Source of the DNA: Octopus sinensis
Lineage: Eukaryota
Reading direction: 5' to 3'
DNA length: 64,000 nt
Assembly: GCF_006345805.1 (NCBI RefSeq)
Contig: NC_043012.1
Location: forward strand, 35,278,001 to 35,342,000
The notes under the pieces were generated by a model that ran no database searches, was not told where the DNA came from, and worked only from the letters and a program-made list of their open reading frames with translations. This document shows positions 14,085 to 26,785 of the stretch, in pieces (position 1 is the first letter of the stretch; the number at the start of each line of letters is the position of its first letter). A program made the position numbers and the translations under genes.

Positions 14085-14460
14085 TCTTTATATATATAAA
14101 ACTGAGAATTCCAGGAATTCCTTGGAACTTTCCAGGAAATCCTCGGATCATTCTGTCGATTTTCCAGGAAGTTGGGAAATCCTCGGAACATTCCAGGAAA
14201 TCTTTGGAGATTTACGGCCGATTTTCCAGGAAGTTGGGATATCATCGGAGCTTTCCATGGAATCATCGGAACTCCCCAAGAAATCCTCGGAACTTTCCAT
14301 GGTCTCATCGGACATTTCCGGGAATTTTCCGATCGATTTTCTGTGAAGTTGGGGAATCCTCGGAACTTTCCATGGAATCCTCGGGACTTTCCAGGAAGTT
14401 TCCGACTGATTTTCCAGGAAGTTAGGTTATTCGAGGAACTTTCCAATAAGTTCCCTACAA
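14085..14460 (+). repeat. Helitron-like 5' terminus followed by a degenerate ~20-bp minisatellite
   Basis: A|TCTTTATATATATAAAACTGAGAA at 14085 matches the start of the element at 16557. It is followed by many variants of ttccaggaaatcctcggaac. Confidence 0.6.
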
Positions 14461-14870
14461 GTTTTTTAGGAAGTAATGATAGTACTGCAGCCATTCTGGA
14501 GCACCACCTTAATGTATTTTCAATTAGGTTTTGTAGTTGCTTCTTGACTGGAAGGTCTATGATTGAGTTTTCTCGCAGCTGCTCGCCTCTCAATGCACCA
14601 CCCTTGAAAGATTGACTTCTAAGGTATCGTTAAGAGTTCATCTAGTGAGTTTTTGGAGGGGTTTTTTAATGTTTCAGTAGAAGTTGCTTTTATATTTCTT
14701 TTAATTTAGATAGGTAGTTGAATAGTTGAGGGAACTCTAAATGTCAGATTGTTACAATAGAGTATTTTGGCCCATGATTTCGAACGTGGTATATTTGCAA
14801 GCTTAGAGTATATAAATGTTCGTGCATTAAAACTCTCTCCAGTGGCGAAGTTTGGAACATTTCCCTCCAC

Positions 14871-15182
14871 AGTTCTATATTTAAGAGATGAGGAATTATA
14901 TACATTATTACATTCGATGGATATTTGTCTTCATCTTGTTTGTTGTTGGACGCTAAACGGTGATGATGATGATGATGATGATGCAATGTTTCACCTGATA
15001 TACCCTCCAGCCTTCTTCAGGTGTCTTGGGGAAATTTCGAACATGTGTTCTAATTCCTAAGGTATTTTCGATGTTATTGTTGTTGTTATTGTTGCTGTTG
15101 TTAGTGTTCAGGTGACTGCTTGGAATCGAACTTGGAATCTTGGGGTTAGTAGCCCGCGCTCTTAACCACTACGCCATATGTC
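14871..15182 (-). mobile_element. composite tRNA-head/hammerhead-tail SINE (copy 2, decayed)
   Basis: Reverse-complement match to 6863-7262. Head at about 15105-15182 and an HHR remnant at 14984-15025 (ACAC CUGAAGA AGGCUGGAGGGUAUAUCAGGU GAAACAUUG), interrupted next to it by a short ggacgctaaacg(gat)n insertion. Confidence 0.75.
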
Positions 15183-15577
15183 CCCCAACAATTTTCCATA
15201 TGAATGTGATAGTATATATTTCTCTTTGGTGTCAAGAGACTCAGCGCTTTCAGACATTCTCGGTAAATAAGACTTTTAACTGAAGGTATTTTACCAGTGA
15301 ACATTCCTTGAAACCCTTCGATTTCTTCTATGAGACCGGATAAGTTAGATTAAAATTGTAAGCAGTAATATAAACTGCTCAGAACTAGGGTTTCCCTAAA
15401 AATAAAACTAACTGCTGGTTCCCTTGTCATGAATGTTTCTAGGATGCACCTATGAGTTGGCTGCATTCAAAGCTAGTATATATATATATATATATATATA
15501 CACCACACATATTATATATAATATATATATATATATACATATATATGTATGTATATATATTTTATATATATATATAC

Positions 15578-15608
<31 letters not shown>

Positions 15609-16260
15609 ATATATATATATAATATGTGTGTGTTAATTATATATACATTATATATCTTATGATTATCTTTTACATAGAGCAAATATCTGATATAAAGCAC
15701 AATACGCTGTCTACTACCAATGAATACCTAAAATGTAAAGATAAAAAAACCAGAAGCAAAAGAAAATTCCAATTTTACATACTTTACGATCTTAAAAAAT
15801 GAATACAACACAATATTTGTGCGATGTTTTTATTGTGTAGAAATTATGAGTTCCCAAAATGGCTGCAACGATTTTCAAGAACATATTGTGTTATAATGAT
15901 GAGAATTTTATTGCCTTTTCCCATTGCGTATTTATATTTTATATGAGTTTTGTGATATTCTTGTTGGCTAAAATTATTTAATACAAATTGTTTCAGTAAT
16001 TCTAGTCGTAGAATTTATTATAATTTGCTTTTTAACAATCTTGTACTTTTACTTGTTTCAAAAGACTGAGGCACCGTTGTGAAGGAATTAGTCAAACACA
16101 AGCCTTATCTTTTTAGTACCTTGTACGTATTCTATCCATTCTTTTGCTGCACCGCTAACTCATGTTTACATAAACAAATTAACATCGTTTGTGAATAAAC
16201 TTCACTGAAATTAGATATATACATTGCGAGTCGAGGCAGATATCAACAGCTGACCGGCGT

Positions 16261-16319
16261 CTGCTAGTTGAGACCGACGAAGGACAATGATCCTGAAACA
16301 CGCGTGTCTCTAGATGCAG
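16261..16319 (+). ncRNA. type I hammerhead ribozyme motif (U4C core variant)
   Basis: AGA CCGACGA AGGA caauga UCCU GAAA CACGCGUG UC UCU. Helix II is AGGA/UCCU, helix III the palindrome ACACGCGUGU, the triplet GUC, and helix I AGA/UCU with a possible distal CUGC/GCAG. Confidence 0.6.
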
Positions 16320-16556
16320 CCCTAGCGGCTGGGGGTGTTTGTCTCCCCTTCGTAAATGTATATAAGGACACAGGAAAAATGTGTCAAAGCCATCAGGAGG
16401 CGTCGATGCTTCCTAGGGCTAAACAGTGGTGGTGTACCCCCCTACTGTCACGTTCATGTTAGATTGACAGTAGACAACCATTCTATCACCTCACCACCGT
16501 ACATATCTCTACGAGAGATTTAGAAATTTAATATTTCTTATATATATATATATAAA

Positions 16557-17698
16557 CCTTTATATATATAAAACTGAGAATGTGTGTCTGTCTGTCTGTC
16601 TGTGTGTTTCCCTAAAACTTGAGAACTACAGAGCCAAATTTTACACATGCCTTACTTAGGGTCCGGGGAGTGTCATCGGCAAAAAGTTTTTTAACTTCTG
16701 CCTAGGGCGAGCCCACAGCAATATCATATCTTCTCCACTACGATTCCCTAAAATTGAGAACTACACAACCAATTTCATTCAAATTTTACACATGCCTTAC
16801 TTAGGGTCCATGTAGTTCATGGGCAAAAAATGTTCAACTTCTTGCCTAGAGCGAGCCCATAGCAATATCATATCTTCTCTCCACTATTTCAGTATTACAT
16901 GTTAAAGTGAAACAAAAACATTTCTCTATTTTATGTCAGATACTTTCACTTTAACAATAAAATAATAATAAAACAATTGAATTATATGTAGTAAGTAATA
17001 ATTAACATCAAACCAACAAGTATAAATAATCGTAACATAACAAAAGTAAAAAATCAATTGGTATAAAAAAATTGCATCAATGACTTGAACTTGAATAGTG
17101 GTTCACCTCACTGAAGGGATAAATTAAAAATAAAATCAGCGTGCAGAAATGGAATAGTCCAGATGGATAATAAAAAATTAAATTAAGAAAAGACTATTGT
17201 CTATAAAATATACAATGTAGAGAAAAAAGATTTGAACACCTGGAGGAAAGCACCATCGAAAAGTGTCTTGGTGCGACTATGAATGATATCTAACAGAGGC
17301 GGTAAATTCGCCATAATAGAAGCAAGATTCGAGTCAACGGAGCGTGCAAGGGAGTACCCAACTCGAACTTGCAAAGAGGAAATATTTTATTATTACCTTT
17401 ATATCTGGGATGTAGGATGTCCCGGATAAAAATTAAAAATGCCACTTCCCCCCCAAGTAGAGGTAGGCTGGATTGTAGTCACACTTCTATACAAGAGGGA
17501 GGACAAGATACAATTGCAGTCTGTTATATATTTTGAGTATTGTTATCACTAGCGATATCAAGATATAACTTTATATTTTGTATTTTATGTGTAGATGTAT
17601 ATATATATAGATGTACATGTAATATGTACACATATATATATACACATATATACATGCACTAGCACTATGACCCGGCAACGACGGGTCTTTAATGCTAG
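16557..17698 (+). mobile_element. non-autonomous Helitron-like element
   Basis: 5' end A|CCTTTATATATATAAAACTGAGAATGTGTGTCTGTCTG (TC in the copy at 14085). 3' hairpin GACCCG-gcaacga-CGGGTC at 17669-17687, then CTAG|T at 17695-17699. An internal ~140-bp tandem duplication spans about 16605-16885. Confidence 0.65.
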
Positions 17699-18074
17699 TA
17701 TACCTATATACATATATGTGTATATACATGCATAGAATATGGACATAATACCTAAGCATACATACATACCCCTCCATACACACGTTGATATATGATATAA
17801 AATATATATATATGTGCATACATATATATCTACATATAATATGTGTGTGTGTGTGTGTGTGTGTGCAAAGCCAATATTTTCTTTTGAAAGATATTTTTTC
17901 AAAAGAAAATATTGATTTGTCTTTTGAGTAAGATATGTGAGTGTTTGGTTAGAAGTGGACAACATTGTAACTATTGACCACATTCAGGCCACTCGTGTCC
18001 AGTCCAGGCTACAACAGAAGGAACGTAACCGAATCTACTTATTTAGTCTGTCATGTTAGGTACAAACAAAATGC

Positions 18075-18232
18075 CGGTAGTGGTGGCAGCAGCGGTGGTG
18101 GTAGAGTTGATTGTGGTGGTGGTGGTTGTGGTGGTGGTGGTGGTGTTGGTGGTTGTGGTGGTGTTGGTGGTTGTGGTGGTGGTGTTGGTGGTGGTAGTGG
18201 TGATGGTGGTGTTAGTGGTGATGGTGGTGTTG

Positions 18233-18263
<31 letters not shown>

Positions 18264-18555
18264 GGTGTGGTGTTAGTGGTGTTAGTGGTGGTGGGGTGTT
18301 TAGTGGTGATGGGGTGGTGGTGGTGGTTGTGGTGGTGGTGGTGGTGGTGGCGGCAGCGGTGATGGTGGTAGAGTTGATTGTAATGATGGTGGTGGTGGCG
18401 GTAGCGGTGGTGGTGGTGGTGGTGGTGTGATGGTGATTGTGGTGGATTTGGTGGTGGTGGTAGTGGTGATGGTGGTGTTTGTGGTAGTGGTGGTGGTGAT
18501 GGTGATGGTGGTGGATTTGGTGGTGGTGGTAGTGGTGGTGGTGGTGGTGGTGGCT
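18075..18555. repeat. (GGT)n-rich low-complexity tract
   Basis: Directly visible; explains the spurious poly-Val and poly-Gly ORFs. Confidence 0.9.
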
Positions 18556-18873
18556 GTTGTTTTACTACAACCTCAGCTGTCCAACTGACATGATTGTCAT
18601 CATTGTTCTTGCAGTTTGTCCATTAAAGAAGACAGGTTCTTGTGACTGTCATATGACCTGTCACATGACCTGTCAACCATTCTGACATTCTTTGGGTGGT
18701 TTCCTACTTGATGCCTTTAATGGCATCTTTATTCAAACATTCTGCTTCGCTTTGCCTTGTGTGTGTGAGCATGCAAGTGTGTATGTGTGTGCATGTGTGC
18801 GCATGTCTATCTATATATATATATATATACATATGTTATAAATACAAACATGCAGATTTATATATACACATAC

Positions 18874-18924
<51 letters not shown>

Positions 18925-18940
18925 TATACATATATATATA

Positions 18941-18974
<34 letters not shown>

Positions 18975-19016
18975 TACACACATACACACACGCACACATA
19001 TATATTTATCTATATA

Positions 19017-20000
19017 CAGGGTGCATAAGGTATTTCAGGACATACGTTTTTTGGGGTCATTGCTGCATTTTTTGCTAACTCTTTATAATCTTTGTTTCAG
19101 AAAATAATAATAGCAGACCCTCAGCTTACTCAAGAAATGAAGAGGCATGCTGTTATTGTGGTTATAAAGGCTGAGCATAGCGATTTAGAAATATCTCGAA
19201 TTTTAAAAGTTGCCACATCTTTTATCTACAAAGTTTGTAAGGAGCTAGAGACTGAAGATGGAAACATATCACCAGTTTCAAAGCATAAAAAGCATTCTAA
19301 ACACTCTGAAATCATCAGAACACCTGAATTTATCCAACAAGTTCAACAGACCATTGATTACATTCCCAGAAAGTTCATGAGGCCAATTGCAAAAGATTTC
19401 CATGTGTCAGAAGGAGCAGTCAGAAATGTTGTCCACGAAGACATCAGAAATAAGTCTTATATGATGAGGAAAGGGGAATTTGTTAGAAAAAGCAAAAGAA
19501 AATCACTACATCAGATCTTAAAGGCCCTTAAATAAACTGAAAAATCCAACAGAAGAAGATTTGATTTGGTTTTTCCATAACGAGAAAAACTTCGACCAAG
19601 ATCAGAAAGTTAACAGAAGAAATGACAGATGGTTATGTGCATACCCTTCTGAAGTTCCAAGTGTTATGCATACAAAATGTCTTGGTTTTAGGGGTTGTCA
19701 GCAATGAAGGACATGTGATGCTTCCTTACTTCTTTCCACAAGGCTATAGAGTTAACTCTGCCACCTATATTGAGGTCCTGGAAACAATTGTTAAGCCCTG
19801 GATAGACAGTGTCTGCAATGGAAGGCCATATGTGTTTCAGTAAGACTCTGCACTATCACACATGGCTCTAGTAACACAGGAATGGACGGCTGAAAATATT
19901 CATGACTCCTAACATTTGGCCGCCTAATTCCCTAGATTTCAGTCCATCGGAGTGTTGCTGAGAGAGAAGTCAATGAACATGCCCATAACACTGAAGAAGA
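19017..20000 (+). mobile_element. Tc1/mariner-superfamily transposon (DD37D/maT-like), decayed and 3'-truncated
   Basis: Starts TA|CAGGGTG. ORF 19092-19535 resembles a transposase HTH region (KRHAVIV...EISRILKV...IAKDFHVSEGAVRNVVHED). Downstream frames give VLGVVSNEG..M.P.FFPQG.RVN...YIEVLE..VKPW...RPYVFQ*DSA and WPPNSLD. Confidence 0.85.
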
Positions 20001-20001
20001 T

Positions 20002-20705
20002 TCATTGAAAACTACCTACGCATCTACTACTGATCGAGCAGGGCCATCTACCTGAAGGGATTTGTGGTTTGCTTGCCTTCCTACTTATTAGGACTTTGGT
20101 TTTAGCTATGTTGACTCTAAGGCCCTTCGATTCTAATCCTTCTTTCCACACTTGAAACTTCTCCTCTAGTTCTGATAGTGACTCAGCAATTAGAGCAAGG
20201 TCATCAACATAGAGGAGCTCCCAGGGGCATCTTGTCTTGAATTCCTCCGTTATTGCCTGGAGGACTATGATAAATAGGAGGGGCCTGAGGACTGAACCTT
20301 GGTGGACCCCTACCTCTACCCTGAATTCTTCACTGTACTTGTTGCCAACGCTTACCTTACTTACAGCATCCCTGTACATGGCTTGTACAGCTCTCACTAA
20401 CCATTCATCTATCCCTAGTTTCCTCATTGACCACCAGATAAGGGATCGGGGGACCCTGTCAAAGGCCTTCTCTATGTCAACGAAAGCCTGGTACAGGGGC
20501 TTATCTTTGGCTAGGTATTTCTCCTGCAGCTCTCTTACCAGAAATATGGCATCAGTGGTACTTTTCCCTGGCATGAAACCAAACTGCATCTCATCCAAGC
20601 TGACTCTCTCCCTAATCAGTTGGGCTATGACCCTCTCCGTAACCTTCATTACCTGATCCAACAGCTTGATACCTCTGTAACTATTTGTATCTAAAGCGTC
20701 ACCTT
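20002..20705 (-). mobile_element. RTE-clade LINE reverse transcriptase fragment
   Basis: ORF 20002-20661(-) has QFGFMPGKSTTDAIF, FVDIEKAFDRVPR, GVHQGSVL.PLLF and LLYVDDL, which are non-LTR RT motifs typical of the RTE clade. Confidence 0.9.
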
Positions 20706-20995
20706 TACATGAAATGAAATGTAAAAGCCAGACTAGATTATTTTATGCGCAACTCCATTGTCTCCCGAGACAAAAAAGGATGCCAACAACAACAACATAT
20801 ATACAAATGTATATATGCGGGCATGTCTGTGTGGTTAGGAAATTTGCTTCCCGCTTACATAGTTTTGGGTTCAGTCCCACTGTGTGGCACCTTGGGCAAG
20901 TGTCTTCTGCTATAGCCTTGGGCTGATTGAAGCTTTGCAATTGAATTTGGTAAGTGGAAGTTACCACTGTGTGTGTACGTGTACTTGTGTGTGTG

Positions 20996-21039
<44 letters not shown>

Positions 21040-23054
21040 TGCGTGTGTGTGTATGTGGAAGGTGGCTAAGTCACTCATTTAGCCTCAGTGTTCAGTGCAG
21101 CTGTTAACGTCTGCGACAGAATAGATTGCCAGAGATGCTGTCAGAGACATTATTGCTGACATCTGGCTGATGGTATGGCAGGAAATTAAAACCACTAAAT
21201 GGTAAATGCCTGCCACAGTCCACCTGGACGTCAAACGCTAATATACAAAGACACAAAGACTGGAACCAAATAAGAGAATACCATAACAACATCTACGGTA
21301 TTCTTCAGTTTGCTGCCGTTTAACCCTTGGTCGATTCTCAGAGATTGGAAATATGATGGCATTATGAATGAGAAGTAAAATTTGGTAATGATTTAATGGA
21401 ATGGGAGGAATCTGAGACTGGCTTGCCATTAAGGAAAATTGAAAGGAAGATAAGGCTAGAGGAGGGGGGTGGGAGAGGGAGGGAGGGAGGGAGGTAGGGA
21501 GGGATGGGAAGGGGTGTGGGAGAGGGAGAGGGAGGGAGGGAGGTAGGGAGGGATGGGAAGGGGTGTGGAGAGAGGGAGAGAGGAAGGGGTGGGGGAGGGA
21601 AAGGGAGAGAGGGGAGAGGGAGAGGAAAGGGAGAGGTCAGAAGAGAGAGGGAGAGAGGGAGAGAGAGAGAAAAAGAGAGAGATAGAGAGAGGGAGGGAGA
21701 AAAGGGGGGAGGGAGAGGCAGGAAGAGAGAGAGAGAGGGAGAGTGAGAGGAAGAGAGAGGGAGAGAGAGAGAAAGAGGGAGACGGAGAGAGAGAGAGAGA
21801 GAGAGAGCAGATATTTGATGGTCTTACCATTTGGTTAGAGAAAGACTGATTCCTTTAAGAAGATAAGGGTTGGTGGGAGGAAGAAGGGTTGGTGGGGATG
21901 GAAGTCTGTGATTGATAAGATGTCCAGGGAGGGAGAGGGAGGGAGAGAGAAAGGAGAAATAGAAAGAGAGGAGGGAGAGAGAGAAGCAGACAGATAGACA
22001 GACAAATGATGAGAGAGAGAGAGAGATACGAACCTGCCTAATACAAGACTTGAGATGGGGGTTGGGGTTGAGGAGTAGTGTAAGTAGTTCATTACAAAGC
22101 AAATAGTTTAGTGATGTGGCCAGCTGTAGCATTCTGGCAGAAACATGGAGATGGCTTAGATTTTACTCTGAAAACGAGAAATTCTTGGAATAGATATTTT
22201 GGGGCAGGAGAAAAAAATGGTCATGTGATGCCATGTTATATTTTGTCGTAGAACATTGAAGTGGTTTGGCCAGCTGTAGCACTCCAAAACAAATCTTGAA
22301 GAAAATATGAGAACATGGTTCTTATTCAAAGGATTCATAATTTTTGAGGGAAACCAAAAGAAGAAACAAGACATGAGAATGGGAAACGGTTGCAGTCCAT
22401 GTTGTTGAGTACCTTGGTCAAGTACCTTCTACGATAACCCCAGGATGACCAAAGCTTGGGATTTGGCAAATGGAAACTGAAAGAAGCCCATCATGTTGGT
22501 GTTTGTCTTTGTGCTTGAATTTGTTCCATCCCTACCACCACCATCATTTGACAACCGGTGTTGGTTTGTTTATGTTGGTTTGGCAGAAACAACTAACAGA
22601 ATAAATACCAGACAAAAAACCTGAGTACTGGACTTGATTTCTTTGATTAAAACATTCCAAGGTGGTGCCCCAGCATGGCCAAATCCAGTGACTGAAACTA
22701 ATAAAAAAAGAAACAAAAAAAGATCTATGTTGTTGAAAACATATAAAAAAAAAAGCATAAAAGAGGAGGCAAAATTAGGTCATTAAAGAAAAACAGGAAA
22801 TTCTAACTGGCAAAATATTTGGCAGCAAAAATATGGAAATGTTTTAGAGGAAGGTTCTTCAGATTCAATGGAATTGGCAGACAGGAAAGGAGGAGGAAAA
22901 AACGTTTAATAGATTTATGGAGGAAATTAGAATATTTGGTTATTTGGTTAGCAAATCTAGTTAACAGAATAAAGCATAAACAGGAAAAATATGAGAATTA
23001 AATTAACTCTCTCTCTCTCTCTCACTCACTGTCTGTCTTCTCATTTATATACAG

Positions 23055-23119
<65 letters not shown>

Positions 23120-23237
23120 TGGGATGAAATATGGTTATCAGTAATATATAGGGTGAAATTAATTAATTTGGAATAATCATTAATTTCACCAAGTAGATTT
23201 CGGCATGTAAAAGCCTCATTCGAGGAAAGTTTAAGTA

Positions 23238-23466
23238 ATACTAAGTAATTAAGGTTTAGCAACGATTTGCCTCACCACACACCGAATTTAGAAATAGCAG
23301 TCAAAGAGTTATAGCTATTCTTTCTACTAAAAGGGAGATCTCTTGGTTTTACTGTGGTTTTACTGAGATCTCCCTTTTAGTAGAAAGAATAGCTATAACT
23401 CTTTGACTGCTATTTCTAAATTCGGTGTGTGGTGAGGCAAATCGTTGCTAAACCCTTAATTACTTA

Positions 23467-23470
<4 letters not shown>
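23238..23470. repeat. near-perfect fold-back inverted repeat (~105-bp arms, 22-nt spacer)
   Basis: 23238-23342 is the reverse complement of 23365-23470; the block sits between (TA)n tracts. Confidence 0.95.
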
Positions 23471-23527
<57 letters not shown>

Positions 23528-23584
23528 TGTGTGTGTGAGAGTATATACATGTATGTATATTATATACATATATATATAAATATC

Positions 23585-23955
23585 ATCATCATTATCATCA
23601 TTGTTTAACGTCCGCTTTCCATGCTAGAATGGGTTTGGATGATTTGACTGAGGAATGGTGAACCAGATGGCTGCACCAGACTCCAATCTGATCTGGCAGA
23701 GTTTCTACAGCTGGATGCCCTTCCTAATGTAACCACTTTGAGAGTGTAGTGGGTGCTTTTATGTGCCACCAGCATGAGGGCCAGCCAGGCGGCACTGGCA
23801 GCACCCATGCTCAAATGGTGCTATTTATGTGCCACCTGCACAGGAGTCAGCCCAGTGGCACTGGCAAGGACCTCGCTCGAATGTTTGTTTTCATGTGCCA
23901 CAAGCACAAGTGCCAGTAAGGCGACGCAGTTAACGATCACGCTTGAATGGTGCTA
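23585..23955 (-). mobile_element. SINE family C with (GAT)n tail
   Basis: Reverse-complement match to 34600-34955(+), sharing gttaggaagggcatccagctgtagaaactctgccagatcagact...ggacgttaaa(tga)n. Other pieces occur at about 40975-41125, 32995-33060 and 49560-49680. Confidence 0.75.
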
Positions 23956-23971
23956 AATGCATATGTATATA

Positions 23972-24004
<33 letters not shown>

Positions 24005-24489
24005 GCATGCATGTTTATGTATGTGTATGCACACACACATACACATTAAACATACATACATGCACACATACTTATATATATTAGTATACATGTATGATAT
24101 ATCTATGTGTGTGTATATGCATGTGTATTTGTGTGAATGTATGTGTATATTTTTTTTTTTTACTTGTTTCAGTCATTAGACTGCGGCCATGCTGGAGCAC
24201 CGCCTTTAATCGAGCAACTCGACCCTGGGACTTATTCTTTAGTAAGCCCAGTACTTATTCTATTGGTCTCTTTTGCCGAACCGCTAAGTAATGTATATAT
24301 GTTGTTGTTGTTGTTGTTGTCGTCGTCGTCCTCATCGTCACCATCACCATCATCATCATCATCATCATTATCATCATCATCATCATCATCATCAATTAAT
24401 GTCCAGTTCCCTTGCTGGCATTGCTTACACAATTCAACAGAACCTGATGAAATGTTATCTGGAGTGTATATCAGCAATAATTATAACAG

Positions 24490-24640
24490 TCTGTAGACCC
24501 CTGGTGGTCCATAGACCCCTGAAGATCTGTAGGCCCCTGGTGATCCATATACCCCTGGTGGTCTGTAGGCCCCTGGTCGGTTGCAGACCTCTAGTGGTCC
24601 ATAGACCCCTGGTGGTCTGCAAACCCCTGATGGTCTGCAA
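24490..24640 (+). repeat. 18-bp minisatellite, about 8 copies
   Basis: Variants of tctgtagacccctggtgg in tandem. Confidence 0.85.
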
Positions 24641-25069
24641 AGGTAGTACAGGGTGTTCATGAACATGTTAAGCTGACAGACCTTTCAATATCCTGGGGCC
24701 TGTGGGAAAACTCATTTAAATAAGAGGGTTCCTTGGTAGTGAAAAGCTTGGCAACCACTGGTGTAGAATATGGAGACTTGTCCATCTTCAAGATTCATTT
24801 CCTTTTATTTTACTATTTCACACAACATATTTTTATGGTTGTTTGTTCACTTTGAAACTAGTCAAATAGGCAGACCCTGAAAAAGCTGCTCAGAAAATCA
24901 TGCCTGGTTGCATGTGTAACTGCCAGTACCTTGTGGAGTGGAAACACGTGTAGGTTGTAACAACCATAAAAATATGCTGCATGTAATTATAGAATAAGAG
25001 GGATAAGTCTTAAAGATGAACAAGTCTCCATTTCTACAGCATTATAATTATTGCTATATATATATATAT

Positions 25070-25124
<55 letters not shown>

Positions 25125-25125
25125 T

Positions 25126-25702
25126 AAATTTAGTATCTAATTCTCTCACCCTTATTAATTAATTATAATTATGCTACATTTATTTCTAAATGTAGTATTG
25201 TTTCCGTGAAAGTTTGGCGCGCTGTTGGTAGGGGCATTTGAATTATAACGTCGGATGTAATCAATTGAACCACACGTGTATTTATCGTTATGGTAAAATC
25301 TGGCGTGTGATTGAGTGGATTTCATCCAGATAGTTTTGGCTGAGGAGCTACAAGTGAGTTTTTTGTGAGTAAAATTACATTTAATTCATTAATAGCGAAA
25401 CAATTGTCCCAAAATAATCTGTATTTTTGTTATTTTTTATTTGCCCTGTTCGTGTGAGCTAACAATCGTACTGACTTTCATGGGAAACATGTATTTTTGT
25501 GGTTGAAACCTTTTGGATTTACTAGTGCTAGAGTGAGCCACATAGTGACCACTCTCTTATATTTATTTTTGTATAAAAAAATTATAATATGTTATAAAAT
25601 ATTATAATAATCCAGGTTTCTCGGGGCACTGGGCCACTTGGTGTTGAATAGGTATACTATTAAATTAGTATCTAATTCTCTCACCCTTATTAATTAATTA
25701 TA
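25126..25702 (+). mobile_element. terminally redundant ~535-bp hammerhead-bearing element (retrozyme/Penelope-like), copy 1
   Basis: A ~40-bp direct repeat (tagtatctaattctctcacccttattaattaattata) starts at 25131 and 25666. The element contains an HHR, is flanked by (TA)n, and has a homolog at 38301-38912(-). Confidence 0.8.
25327..25421 (+). ncRNA. type I hammerhead ribozyme, canonical core
   Basis: CAGAUAGUUUUGG CUGAGGA GCUA [42-nt loop] UAGC GAAA CAAUUG UC CCAAAAUAAUCUG. Helix I is 13 bp with one mismatch and one G-U, helix II is GCUA/UAGC, and helix III is the palindrome ACAAUUGU. Predicted cleavage follows the GUC at 25408. Confidence 0.85.
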
Positions 25703-25750
25703 TATAATATATATATATATATGACATTACACACACACACACACACCAAG

Positions 25751-25794
<44 letters not shown>

Positions 25795-26217
25795 TGTTCA
25801 GTTTTATTTCAAGATTTCTTGCCAATAGAGAAAGAGCCTGTTTCTAACCCAAATCCAAGGCTCCTTCATTAGAATTTCAACAGCAACAACAGGGAATTTT
25901 TGTATGTATGTATGTATGTATGTATGCATGCATGCATGTATGTATGTGTGTATGTATGTATGTATGTGCTGATTTGCATGTTTTATGTAAGTATGTGCAG
26001 ATTTGCATGTCTTATATAAGTAATCTCATGCATATAGTTTTATATCTAAACATGCTCATATATATTTAAATGATAAACTTCTGGAGAGTTTTACAATTTT
26101 TTATAGTTCCAGTGATGGACTGGATCTGTAGTCTTAGAATTAGCTTTCTCCTATGTATGTATGTATGTATGTATGTATGTATGTATGTAGTATGTATGTA
26201 TGTATGTATGTATGTAT

Positions 26218-26313
<96 letters not shown>

Positions 26314-26785
26314 ACACGTACACATTCGTGCATATATTTATACAGATATGAGAGTATATTTGACATAGTACTTCAAGGGAAGTAACTCTTCTTATCGCAT
26401 TTTCAGCTCCATCCTTCTCGCTCCCTACTTTCCAATGGACCTTTAAAACTCCGTTTATTTCTGGCTTTGTATTTCATTGCTGCAAAGGGCTCCGGGCACT
26501 GGCCCTTATTGCTGGATATAGGTAAGGATCTCTACCTTTAACACATTACATATTACCCAGTTTTAACACCATGGCCGGCGACGTTGCCTGATGTGCGGAC
26601 AGAAAGGGGCAGCCAGACGCTTTCAATACTTACGGTCGACGGAGCCCAGAGTTTCTCAACAATTCTTTACTTCTGGCCCTCTTAATTCCTACTTTCCTTG
26701 GGTGGGCCCTCATAATCATTCGGTGTTTTAAAAAATCATATGATATAGGATTATAATAGGCGCAGCTATGGCTGTGTGGTAAGAA

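Noticed and set aside
13883-14615. 236-aa and 147-aa ORFs
   Set aside because: They arise from a stop-poor minisatellite and a (TA)n tract; no recognisable domain.
21455-21810. Polypurine G-rich tract with G-quadruplex or triplex potential
   Set aside because: Ordinary low-complexity (GA/GGA)n sequence, common throughout this window, with no evidence of function.
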